From: Priapulus caudatus
Lineage: Eukaryota
NCBI RefSeq assembly: GCF_000485595.1
Contig: NW_014577078.1
Span: 695,295 to 731,488, forward strand
Direction of reading: 5' to 3'
Length of the DNA: 36,194 bases
Positions 13,614 through 24,679 of the stretch are shown one piece after another. The number at the start of each line of letters is the position of its first letter. The stretch's first letter is position 1. Under the pieces are notes generated by a model. The model was given only the letters and a program-made list of their open reading frames with translations. It searched no databases and had not been told where the DNA came from. The translations under genes were made by a program, and so were the position numbers.

Positions 13614-13800
13614 GGCAGGCAGCAGCAGCGGCAGACGGCAGCGGCGGCGGCGGAGAAGAAGAAACGAGCGCCTCGGGTCCGTAAACCGTAGATTAGCCGA
13701 TGCGCGTCGTCGTCAACTGCATCCCACGCAGCCGACGTCGTTTCGTATCGCTAATTTCGCGAACGGCAACGAGGGGGCTCTTTGATGCGATACGCAGTCT
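12943..13800. repeat. (CAG/CGG)n-rich tract plus unique tail, cleaner copy
   Basis: About 700 bp of CAG/CGG/CAGG repeats followed by the same tail as 6298..6435. Confidence 0.92.
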
Positions 13801-13812
13801 TTCTCTCTCGTT

Positions 13813-13858
<46 letters not shown>

Positions 13859-14018
13859 TGCTGAAGACCCAGTTAGCATCCCTTGTTTTCTCGGAACGAC
13901 AGCTGGCTTGTTTTTGTGCTATGTTGGTATGTGGTAATGTATGTATGTATGTTATGTATGTATGGTATGTATGTATGTATGTATGTTATGTAATGTATGT
14001 ATGTATGTAATGTATGGT
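13801..14018. repeat. (CT)n and degenerate (TATG)n microsatellites before a gap
   Basis: Simple repeats separated by a short unique spacer. Confidence 0.85.
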
Positions 14019-14043
14019 NNNNNNNNNNNNNNNNNNNNNNNNN
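14019..14043. other. Assembly gap (exactly 25 N)
   Basis: Run of N. The inverted copy starts immediately after it. Confidence 0.99.
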
Positions 14044-17000
14044 CCGTTAGACGGTGCCTGGATGCTGCGTAATATCGCGTCAACTACGCGAATTTCAATA
14101 ATGTCCCGATCGACTGACAGCGCCAACTCTATAAGGTCTGTGAAAAAACTCTGCAAGGTCTTTGCATCGACGAACGAGTGGAAGTAATATTTTATGCGCC
14201 ATGCGCAGCGTCACCGCTCGCGAAGCGGCGAGTTTGCAGACTTCGTCGAGAATTAGCTGCATTATCGGTTAATCGGCGGGCGAGGTATTACATCGCCGTT
14301 TGCAGTGAATATAACACATGCAGTTAGCGACTTAGACGCAGAACTAGTTTCACCGTCAATCGGATGAAAGCGAATGGTGGAAACGCTCAGTCTTTTTTTT
14401 CTGTTCACCGCAGCCGGTGCCAACCCGTGAGGAGTGCGGTCGGTACTCTGTAAACGTGCTGTCATTGTCGAAACCGACAAACGCCACTCTTGTTCATGTA
14501 GCTTACTATATTTCGGCGTGAGCTTGTGCTGCAGGCACGGGGCGGTATCGTTTTGCTGTTCGGATAATTCTGCGCAACGGCGAATTATGTAGCAGACTCG
14601 ATGTTTAGGATGCACACGGTCATATAGTGTCTCACGACAAGCATTCTGAAAACGCGCAGCGATCGACACCGAAGTGCTAACACCGCGTCCACGTCCAAAT
14701 AAAAGTTCGTAATGCTCATAGATATGAATAAACTTAATTAATAATTAAGAAGACATTATTAATCTCGTAAATACTCATCTTGCAACACAAGATCAACGTT
14801 CGTGATGGCTGGCACGCTGACCAAAAGACGTAACATGATCGCCAGCCTAATTGTCTCCATGCCGTCCACTTGTTTTCGATCATCCAATTGGGATTCATTA
14901 CATTAAGTGCATGTTGAATAACGCGTGTGATTCTTCTTGCTAAACCAATGATACTCCATTGCAACATCCCAGGCTTGCTTGTCTTTCGAATACATGATAT
15001 ACCTGAAATGATAGGGTTGAAATTGAAATGACGCGAGCATCCGCATCACAAAAACAACTCACCTCCTGACTTACAGTCTAAGCTGACTTAAATAGTCCTA
15101 AGTTGTTCTAGTCCTGACTTTATTAGTATAAATTAATATGAATCAGAGCACAAACACCATGCGTAAGACTAAATGCTACACTAACCGGTGGCAGCTAACG
15201 CAACATAGTAAAGAAAGAGCTAGGAGATATTAAGAGTAACGTTATGAATACTTTATCGACGTAAAGGCAGAACTGAGCGCATAATTAATGTAGGACTCTC
15301 CTCCGATTATTAATTACGCTAATGTTGGCCATGGAATTACAACATAGGGTCACCATTGGATCTTCTTGAGAGTTATTACCGCTAAGTCCCAGATAATGAC
15401 ATAAAGGAACGGTCATACGTTGTAAATCTACACCTCTAAGTACTAGTCCAGTTCGTCACAACAGCCGCTGAGATCATCGCACGTGTGGCGTTTGATCGCT
15501 AGGCAATGACGACGTTTGTGTCGATTACGGATTTTAATGGAAGCCATACCGGTGAAGATGTCCTGGTGCTCGTCGACCTATTTCGGCTGCTCACGACGAC
15601 GGCTTCATAATCCGTAAAGTAGGCGGCCGTAAAGCGCTTGCGACGCCGGTTCTCGCGATATGCTCCTCTGCGCGGTAGAACGCGCCTCCTCCCATAAATA
15701 ATGCTTTTGCAGACGACACTGTGCGCAGTGTGGCGGTGTTTATGTGCTCTACGTACGTTTATACTCGCATCGTCATGGTTGATGAAGTAGCGGTTACATG
15801 TTATATACTTATGTATAGGCATATGCCATGCGTTGTTTACTCTGCGTAATAGAAATTCATAAAATATACACTGTATATATATACGCGCCCACAAACACAC
15901 ACCACACGGTGTGTGTGTGTGGTGTGTGTTGTGTGTGTGTTGATGTGGTGTGTGTGTGGCGGCGCACGCGGCGTGTGTGTTGTGTGTGGTGGGTTGCTTG
16001 TGTGCGGTATGTGTGTCGTGTGCTGTGTGTGTGTGTGTGTGTCGTGTGTGTGTGTGTGTGGTGTGTTGTGTGTGTGCTGTGTGCGCGGCGCCGGCGCTGT
16101 GTGTGTGTGTGTGCTTGTGTGGTGTGTGATGTTGTTGTGTGTGTGTGGTGGGGTGGTGTGTACGTGGTGTGGCTGTGTGTGTGTCTAGTATGTATGTATG
16201 TTATGATTGTATGATATGTATGTATGTGTAATGTATGTGTATGTATGTATGTATGAATGATGTACATGTTATGGTATGTAGTTTATGTTATGTATGTAAG
16301 TGTATGTAGTGTATGTAATGTAATTGTATGTATGTTTAGTGTTATGTATGTATGATATGTATTATGTATTGTAGGGTTAGATGCACGGCGGCGCTCGGCG
16401 AGAGCGGGTGGTATACGCAGCAACACGCATAGTAGTGACTATCTATATCTAATGCTTCCGCGCGGGCAGCAGGTAGAACAATGATCATCGCCTGCATTGG
16501 CTTGTCTGCATCGTGACCGACCCTTGACCCTTGTCTGCTTAGGCCGCGCACTCCTCCTCCTCGCAATCAGACGCGGTGCTTGCGGGATTCGTGCGTTTGC
16601 GGTACAGCTCATTACTCCCTCGCGATCTGAAGCAGTTATATCGCGTGAATGCAGCGTATCCTGCCGCAGGGCGCATTATTACAGCACAGCTAAGCGAGCG
16701 GTGCTCTCTAAACTCTGGGCAAATTCGCCCATTTTCTTGCTAGGCTATGCGTGAAAGACACGCCTCCCGCATGCTCCGCTAACATAGCGGATAGATCAGT
16801 GACCTCCCCCCCACACACCATACACACACCTACACACACATACACACGACGCTGCACGCCGCACGGCAACGCGACGGCACGCCAACCAACCCCACACGCA
16901 CAAATTATTATATATATATAAACAATTATAATTAAATTAAATAAACAAAATTATTGTGTAGGTAATTAATAAAGATTGAATTATGATCGCGTTATTGCTT

Positions 17001-18440
17001 CATTCATATATTGGCTCACGAAATGTACAGAACCTTATCCGTAAATATATACGGAATATAAGATCGCAGATTATGTAGCGAATAGACACATATATACAAA
17101 CAAGATTACAAGAAACGTTTTTCTAGTTTTAAATGATTGACTCGAATTTTCGTTTACGCACGACGCAATCACACTATATATAAGGAATATGGCGTTAGGA
17201 ATGTTGATGTTCGATATACGATTTTGCATATATATGCGATCGGTCTCGATTGTAGGTGTTTTACCGTAGTATGTAGTTTAAAATATACTATAATTATTTT
17301 ATAAATTGACTTGCGGCCGCGAAATTGCGTGCTGACGCGGCGCCATACGCCGCTTGATATGAGCGACACGCAGGAGAAGTCATCGCGAACGTTGAGGATA
17401 TATGTTGCCGATGAAGCTCCGCGCTTATCGATAGCATAATCGGCTGAGAGCGTGGGTGCTTGGTACGGCAGATTGCCTGACGGTCGGGTACGAGCGCATT
17501 AATGAACTGGAAGCAGTTTACGTTCCGCATGCAGTCACGGCTACAACATCCAGCTCCGTATAACAACTTGGTTGATAATCACAAACCTAGTCTCGCTTTA
17601 TGTCCCAGCAAGTCCCGCAGCAGCCCCGGTGACTCCAGTCTATCAGCGCAGCTAGGCGTGGAGTCCGGCTTTAAGATGCGGACAAGACGAATGCGTGCCC
17701 CCGGTCTTCACAGCAGGACGCGTCGCGCCGTAGTAGTTAGTATAACCTAGGCTGGTTTATTATAGTGTAGCGTTTGTGCTCCAATCGTTCAAAGCCGCCT
17801 GCGAAAGTCGATTATAACTCCAGCAGCGCGCGTGCGCATTACATGAATGCGGGCTGTGAGGATAGTGAAAGCGGTCGGCGGCCTGGGGTTTCCAGAAAAA
17901 CGCACTGTAGGCTAGCGTTACTTGTTCGCAGGCATAAAATAACATTTGAGTACGAAAGTGGCGTATCCATCGTATCTAACCTTTCTTCAACCTTATTCGC
18001 GTCTCACGCAAGTACTAAACGACATCCTATCAGAAATGGCCGATGCCTATGTTTTTCGTGCGTATGCCCAGCCTACTAGTGTTGCTCACCCGGTCGATGA
18101 ACTGCTCGGATCCAGAGTGCCTCCGGCAGGTCAACGTTCACGGGGACACCCGTGGAGCCTAAGTAAGCTAAATTTACAAACTAGTTTTTACTAAAATTTA
18201 TACAAAGTTCTAAGTGTCGTACGTCGTGAACTAACGTAGCGTCGAAACAACCGACCCACCTTTTCCATTGCTTCCATGCAACTGGCATCAACTCTTACGA
18301 ACAATGTCTAGACGAGATTCAACGTGCCAAATCGTTTCATCGCGGGGTACATGTCCAAGTTCCTTCATTTCTGCTGCTTCCTTTCCGAACGTACAGATAC
18401 AAAGATCACTCGCACGTTACGCCGCGCGCCTGGTGGCAAT
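14044..18440 (-). repeat. Duplicated segment, copy C (inverted copy of 6825..11032)
   Basis: For example, CTGCAAGGTCTTTGCATCGA at ~14151 is the reverse complement of TCGATGCAAAGACCTTGCAG at ~10914. Collinearity continues to TGGTGGCAAT at 18431..18440. Confidence 0.93.
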
Positions 18441-18745
18441 GAGAGAGATGCCGAGGAGAGAGAGAGAGGAAGAATACGACGAGAGAGAGGAGAGGAGAGA
18501 GACAGAGAGAGAGGAAAGAGGAGGAGAGCGAGAGAGCGAGAGACGAGAAGAGAGATGAGAGAGAGAGAGAGAAGGACGATGAGAAAAAGACGCAGGTCGG
18601 AGAGAGAAGAAAGACGAGAGAGAAGCTGGAGAGAGAGAGGAGAGAGAGAAAGAAGAGACGGGACGCGAGAGACACAACGGGACAGAGACAAAGACCGAGA
18701 AAGAAGAGGGATAGCGAGAGGACGATGAGGAGGTGAAAGAGAAGA
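18441..18745. repeat. Degenerate (GA)n microsatellite
   Basis: Reverse-strand counterpart of the (CT)n tract preceding copies A and B. Confidence 0.9.
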
Positions 18746-20440
18746 CAAACTTTCATTGAATTTACCGGCATATACATCAGATTCCGCTATATTCATTCAT
18801 TTGGTTTAGTTTCTTTGAAAGGTTCCATTCTGCAACCCACGTGTTGTTACGCTAATTGCAACATTTGTTGTGCAAGCGTTATAATGTCGTAATCTATTCT
18901 GCAGCCACTCGAGCGATTGCTGCAATATGTAACGAACTTGTCTCCATTCTTCTGATGTCTGCGGGATATAAGGCACCATCTTTCACCACCTTCATGCATG
19001 ACAGGCGATTTTCCTAATCTTGTTAATCGTATTCTGCATCTTTTGAATAAACTTGCGCGTAGTGCCGTTGCGCCTCACGGAAATAAATAACGGACAATGT
19101 CCCAATTACGTGTTGTGGTATGTATTCAATTTAAATTCAAATTTACTGACAACCATGATATCGTTTTCCGCTCGATAGCAGTTTATATCGTGAAGAGCCT
19201 TTGTGTTTATTCGAACGCCATATCTGCATAGCAATGGATTTATCACAGCGTGGCCAGCTCTTATGTCTAGACGCGCCTATCTGCTAGGGGCTCACCGCAA
19301 AACCTTCTTTAGAAATATCTTCACATACTTCCTTCCGTTTAACCCCATAGAAAATCTTGATAATGTTGAATTTTGAGACAAACTCAAAAAGTGAACTTTA
19401 GTATAAAAAGAACTCAATAATTATAAACGTGAGACTGACATGCGATGATTTCATTAACTGTAGACATTTCCAAACCGTAAAACCCGCGATCTCTGATGAA
19501 CCGTTATATTAACTTTAATTTTTGCGATTTCAAACCTTCAGCTATTTTCGTCCTGCTTTATATTAACCAGCATGATATACGTGACCTAACATTAGTATCT
19601 ATACACATCCTACAGGGAGTATCGAATTTTTTTTTTACTTGACAAAAATGTATAAGCTACATAGTTGACCTACTTCTCGATGATCCGTACCAACATTAAC
19701 TGAATAATTTTAAATTAGAGCATACTGTGGGGCACTAATTGTTGATTCAATGATTCTCCATATACGAATGGATGATATTGAACAGTGTTGGTCTGTCTCA
19801 GATACCTACCAATCTGCGAGCAAATTATTTCAAGCATGCTCTATATAATAGTAATATGGTAATAGGTAAATATACTAAGGTAATAAGATATATCCTGTAG
19901 ATAACTCTTCCATGGTCTTCTGCATTACTCGTATGTATACACGCTATTACTAGAGACGGTGATGCGGTTCTGCGTAGATTCTTCCGCGCAGGTCTGATTT
20001 TCGTGCGTTTTAATCACATCTCGTCGACATTCCGTATTCGTCCACCCCGGGTTCATATCTCATCACGTGGTGCTTGATGATAAGTCAGCAGATGACCCGT
20101 CATATGGCAGATGACGGCTGTACGATTCTACGGCTATGAACGAAAAGCGTATTTCCGACGTTGAGTATATCCTTGGTTAGTTGTCCAGATCACTCCCACT
20201 GACCATGCTGCAGATGTCTTGGTGTCACAAAGAATCGAGCCACGTACGCGATCCCGCTCACTACGCTGGGGCGTTACTCGACAGAGCCAACATTCAATGA
20301 AGCCATTGAGGCAATTATAACGGGAGCAAATTTCGCTCGCGCAAGTCGCCTAATCCGCATTTTGCGCTGGGATATTATCGCAATTCCGAATTTAGATGAA
20401 CGGCAATTTGTCCTCTGGCGTTTTTAAGTGCAGTAAGACC

Positions 20441-20441
<1 letters not shown>

Positions 20442-20478
<37 letters not shown>

Positions 20479-21080
20479 NNNNNNNNNNNNNNNNNNNNNN
20501 NNNNNNNNNNNNNNNNNNNNNNNNNNNNNNNNNNNNNNNNNNNNNNNNNNNNNNNNNNNNNNNNNNNNNNNNNNNNNNNNNNNNNNNNNNNNNNNNNNNN
20601 NNNNNNNNNNNNNNNNNNNNNNNNNNNNNNNNNNNNNNNNNNNNNNNNNNNNNNNNNNNNNNNNNNNNNNNNNNNNNNNNNNNNNNNNNNNNNNNNNNNN
20701 NNNNNNNNNNNNNNNNNNNNNNNNNNNNNNNNNNNNNNNNNNNNNNNNNNNNNNNNNNNNNNNNNNNNNNNNNNNNNNNNNNNNNNNNNNNNNNNNNNNN
20801 NNNNNNNNNNNNNNNNNNNNNNNNNNNNNNNNNNNNNNNNNNNNNNNNNNNNNNNNNNNNNNNNNNNNNNNNNNNNNNNNNNNNNNNNNNNNNNNNNNNN
20901 NNNNNNNNNNNNNNNNNNNNNNNNNNNNNNNNNNNNNNNNNNNNNNNNNNNNNNNNNNNNNNNNNNNNNNNNNNNNNNNNNNNNNNNNNNNNNNNNNNNN
21001 NNNNNNNNNNNNNNNNNNNNNNNNNNNNNNNNNNNNNNNNNNNNNNNNNNNNNNNNNNNNNNNNNNNNNNNNNNNNNNNN

Positions 21081-21117
<37 letters not shown>

Positions 21118-21119
21118 TA

Positions 21120-21210
<91 letters not shown>
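20442..21210. other. ~600-N assembly gap (20479..21080) flanked by (GT)n on the left and (CTA)n/(CT)n on the right
   Basis: Direct reading of the sequence. Confidence 0.98.
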
Positions 21211-21213
<3 letters not shown>

Positions 21214-22187
21214 CGAATGGGTAATGCGTAAGAACGAATTAAACGTTAGAAATATAGGTGTTATATATATATATATATATATATATTAGAGCATACCAAC
21301 GGCTTCGTATATCTGTAGCGCTTCACGTGTGTGTGTACGAGCGGGGCAATGCGCTCGTTGGTCTCCGCTCTCGCACGCTCATGCATTCGGTGCGTTTCAC
21401 TGAACATTGGCGATCAATGGACGACGGAATTAGTTGCGCGGGAGCTGAGAGAGATGAGATCAAGGCAGTGCGGGCCAAGGTCTGCTAACGAGACGCTGCG
21501 TGGCGCGCGATTTATTTCAGTGTCATCACATCTGCACCCCACCGGGAGCATAATAAAGTATAAAATAAAAATTATATTTGATACAGAAGAACTATCACAA
21601 ATGCCTTTTCTTTATTTGAGAGAGAAAGTTATGCTTGACTTATGAACTTAATTAGTTCGGACTAGCGCGTATTTAGTCCGGGATAGCGTGTATACAACAC
21701 TGCACAAAGTTCGCGCTCGCCTGGCCCGGACTATAGTTTAACGTAGGATCAAATTTGCAGTCTGTACGCTCAGCTATGAGCATACTAATTATTCGACATA
21801 GAATCTTGCCTCGTTGCTTTAATCCACCGCTCGCTTCACTATTGTATTTTAATGTATTTATAAACTCCCTAACCAACTGTTATAAAAACACTAATGTCTT
21901 TCTTAAACTCCCGTAGTCAGTGAACAGCCACATTCGTCAATACAACCGCATGAGGAGTGTATAATATAGAGATCCCTATAATATACACTCCTGACCGTAG
22001 GCCCTACGCATAGTCCACTCGTGTGGTTTACGCTCAGGTTTAGACATGTGGCGACATACGCATACGACGTCGTCTCGTGTGCCGTGCTGTATTAGACTAC
22101 ATCGCCATCGCTCACGCAGACACGGCCAATCTGTCGTCACAGCTCCCAGCTACGCAAATACACGCCTGCTATCTATATATATATATA

Positions 22188-22388
22188 ATATATATAGGAG
22201 TACATGATCAGTGGTAAATGAATGGCGATCTATATTCATGTGTTGCTGACACGCCTGCCAATATATAAGAGTACATACATGATCAGGAGTACATGAATGG
22301 CGATCTGTACGCATGTGCTGCTGACATATATAAGAGTACATACATGATCAGGGATACATGAATGGCGATCTGCATTCATGTGCTGCTG
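22188..22388. repeat. Minisatellite, 3 copies of a ~65-75 bp unit
   Basis: Core TACATGATCAGnnnTAcATGAATGGCGATCT...CATGTGyTGCTG occurs three times, starting at ~22201, ~22276 and ~22341. Confidence 0.88.
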
Positions 22389-22695
22389 GCTATATCCACA
22401 GCCGTCGCGCGAAGACCACCCGGGTTCCTTACACTCCGCTACACTCGTTCCGTACACTCGCCGCGAGCTTCATATGTTTTTAGCTTGTAATAGTGCATAT
22501 AAACGAGCCAGCGATATGACACACGTTACGAGCAGCGATTAGAGGCGTGATAGAACACGGTTGGATGTACAACTGCTGTCGTCTTGCGCTCGCGTAGACA
22601 GACGTAAACGCTCCACTACAATGCGTGATGGAAGCGCGCGGATTGTGGGACTACAACACTTTAGGCGCAACCAGCCTGTTCTAATGTATAGATAA

Positions 22696-22798
22696 TATCA
22701 GGAGTGAATAATAATATATATATAGATAGATAATTATATAAATAATAGATGATAGATAATAGATAGATAATAGATAATATTATTATTCACTCCTGATA
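22696..22798. mobile_element. Tiny TIR element / hairpin (22-bp perfect inverted arms, AT-rich GATA-like core)
   Basis: TATCAGGAGTGAATAATAATAT (22696..22717) and ATATTATTATTCACTCCTGATA (22777..22798). Confidence 0.6.
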
Positions 22799-23134
22799 AT
22801 ATTAAATATACGCATACTAGTTTTGCCTTCGCGGGTTTGTCGTCTTTCCGCACATCCTCAGCTTGAAAGCAACCCTGTTATAGTTAGCGTATACAGTCGG
22901 ATCAACGGTCATACGTTAGGCAACGCAACGTAGTGCGGTGCACAGTAGGTTCATTGTAGCCCCTCGTCACAACGGGAACAAACAACAAACTTATTACAAC
23001 TTTAAAACGGAAATGTATACGGTTCAGTAAATATAACGCATGTGAATAATTTCCGATTCATCGTCACGTCACACTATCTATATTATACACGCGAATGTCA
23101 TACTTCCCTACATTCACGCGTCGAACAAACAAGT

Positions 23135-24679
23135 TCACTGAAGCTTTGTTTTCGCATTTCTGTTTTCGATTCGTCTCCGATATAGACTCGCGCCCAGCTT
23201 CCAGACGCACAGAACAAAAATGGCGCCGATGACGGCAAGAAAAGTGAACACGTCGAGCAGGTAAAACTGGAAGAAGTTCAGTTCGACGGAAGCTGGTCTC
23301 AGGTACGTCGCTCCCTTAGTTTCGAGCAGATGGTTGGTCCACCAGAGAAACCCTTCGGATGAAGCCCCTGTGTTCGCCCTCAGCTGTCGAGATTTAAAGG
23401 CCGCCCTCTCCGCGTACGTCCTGTTCGTGATCAACTCGATCACGCCGCTGCGAAACTCGTCTGCCGTGAAACCGTAGAAATCCAACTGCTTGCCGACGCC
23501 GTGGTGGACGACCCGCGCCGCGTTGCCGTACTCGTCGGCGACGATAGGTAGCGCCAGCATCGGCACGCCGTGGTAGACGCTCTCCCAGACGCTGTTCGGT
23601 CCAGCGTGGGTGACGAACAGCACGACCTTGGCGTGACCGAGAAGGTCGTTCTGCGGTATCCAGTCGACGATCTTCACGTTGTCGCCGAGAGGTGGCGCGT
23701 CGGCTGCGCGCAGACGCCAGACGAAGAAGTAGGGGAGGTCGGCGATGGCGGCGGCGATCTTTCGCACGACGTCGCCGCCGGCCGAGTTGACGGCCGAGCC
23801 GAACGAGATGACGACGACGCCCCTGGCGGCCGATCGCTGGACGAATTCTTGCAGCGGCGCGGCGAGCGGTAGCGGCTTGCCGGCGGTGATGACGCCGATG
23901 TGTTTTGTGTTCGGCATGACGGGGATCGGATAGTCGAAGCTAAAGTCGCCGACGACGAAGTGCATGTTCGTGCGACGCGCCACCGCCTCGATGCTGCTGT
24001 CGGCGAGAAATCCGGCGCGGCGCGCGACGCCCTCCAGCCGACGCACGAACGTCACGTGACCGACGACCTTGAAGAAGACGTGTACGAGCGTGTTCTTGAA
24101 TCGCTGCGCGAACGTCATGCGGTTCGTGTAGGGCAGCACGAGCGACGGAGAGAAGGAGAGCATAGCAGGCGCCTCGGAGAAGAGCACGCCCGCGGTGCCC
24201 GTCGATACGATAGCGGCGTACGGCACGCCGATACCGTCCGCCATCGCAAACCCGCACAGGTCGGCCGCGTCCAGAAACATCAGGTCAAATTTTCTGCGTC
24301 GCAGTTCGTCGAACGTGCGTCGGTCGTTGAGCAGCATCGCGCATGCGTCGACAAACTGGTTAAGCATGTTGAGGATGTAGCCGACGCCGACGTTGCCTTC
24401 GGCGATCAGCGCGTCGGCGTCGACGTGCGTCGCCGGCCGCGACGCGTACGTGACGCTGGCGCCAAACGCGACCGGAGGATGCTCGTTGCCAAGCAACCAG
24501 GTGATGCTGTGGCCGTTTTCGGCGAGCACTGTTGCCGCTTTCTCCATGACGAAGCGGTGGCTGCTCGGCCGACCAGCGCCGACGGGAACCATGAGGATGT
24601 TTCCGGCGTCCGTCGTTCGTAGAACGGCCAGAAGAGTCGCTAAGACGCAGGCGGCGGTCGCCATAGCAACGATGTTCAT
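23135..24679 (-). CDS. UDP-glycosyltransferase / UDP-glucuronosyltransferase-like (CAZy GT1), ER membrane type, single-exon CDS, 514 aa
   Basis: N-terminal signal peptide (…TTDA|GNILMVP), catalytic His motif SSH (H41), FDLMFLD, MTFAQRFKN, GVVVISFGS, UGT signature WIPQNDLLGH…FVTHAGPNSVWESVYHGVPMLALPIVADE, LNFFQFYLLDV preceding a C-terminal TM helix, and a KxKxx ER-retrieval tail (KTKLQ). Good Kozak context ACCACG-ATG. Visibly GC-richer than the flanks. Confidence 0.97.
   Translation of the reverse strand: MNIVAMATAACVLATLLAVLRTTDAGNILMVPVGAGRPSSHRFVMEKAATVLAENGHSITWLLGNEHPPVAFGASVTYASRPATHVDADALIAEGNVGVGYILNMLNQFVDACAMLLNDRRTFDELRRRKFDLMFLDAADLCGFAMADGIGVPYAAIVSTGTAGVLFSEAPAMLSFSPSLVLPYTNRMTFAQRFKNTLVHVFFKVVGHVTFVRRLEGVARRAGFLADSSIEAVARRTNMHFVVGDFSFDYPIPVMPNTKHIGVITAGKPLPLAAPLQEFVQRSAARGVVVISFGSAVNSAGGDVVRKIAAAIADLPYFFVWRLRAADAPPLGDNVKIVDWIPQNDLLGHAKVVLFVTHAGPNSVWESVYHGVPMLALPIVADEYGNAARVVHHGVGKQLDFYGFTADEFRSGVIELITNRTYAERAAFKSRQLRANTGASSEGFLWWTNHLLETKGATYLRPASVELNFFQFYLLDVFTFLAVIGAIFVLCVWKLGASLYRRRIENRNAKTKLQ

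Noticed and set aside
20085..20120. GCAGATGAC pair resembling an RT YADD motif or small hairpin
   Set aside because: No surrounding ORF or other reverse-transcriptase motifs.
20396..21289. 260-297 aa ORFs
   Set aside because: Composed almost entirely of N gap and microsatellites.
22188..22388. CRISPR-like repeat-spacer appearance
   Set aside because: Linkers are similar to each other rather than unique spacers, there are only three units, there are no cas genes, and the context is eukaryotic.
23135..24679. Horizontal transfer of the UGT from bacteria
   Set aside because: Signal peptide, C-terminal TM helix and KxKxx tail are features of animal ER UGTs. GC contrast alone is insufficient evidence.
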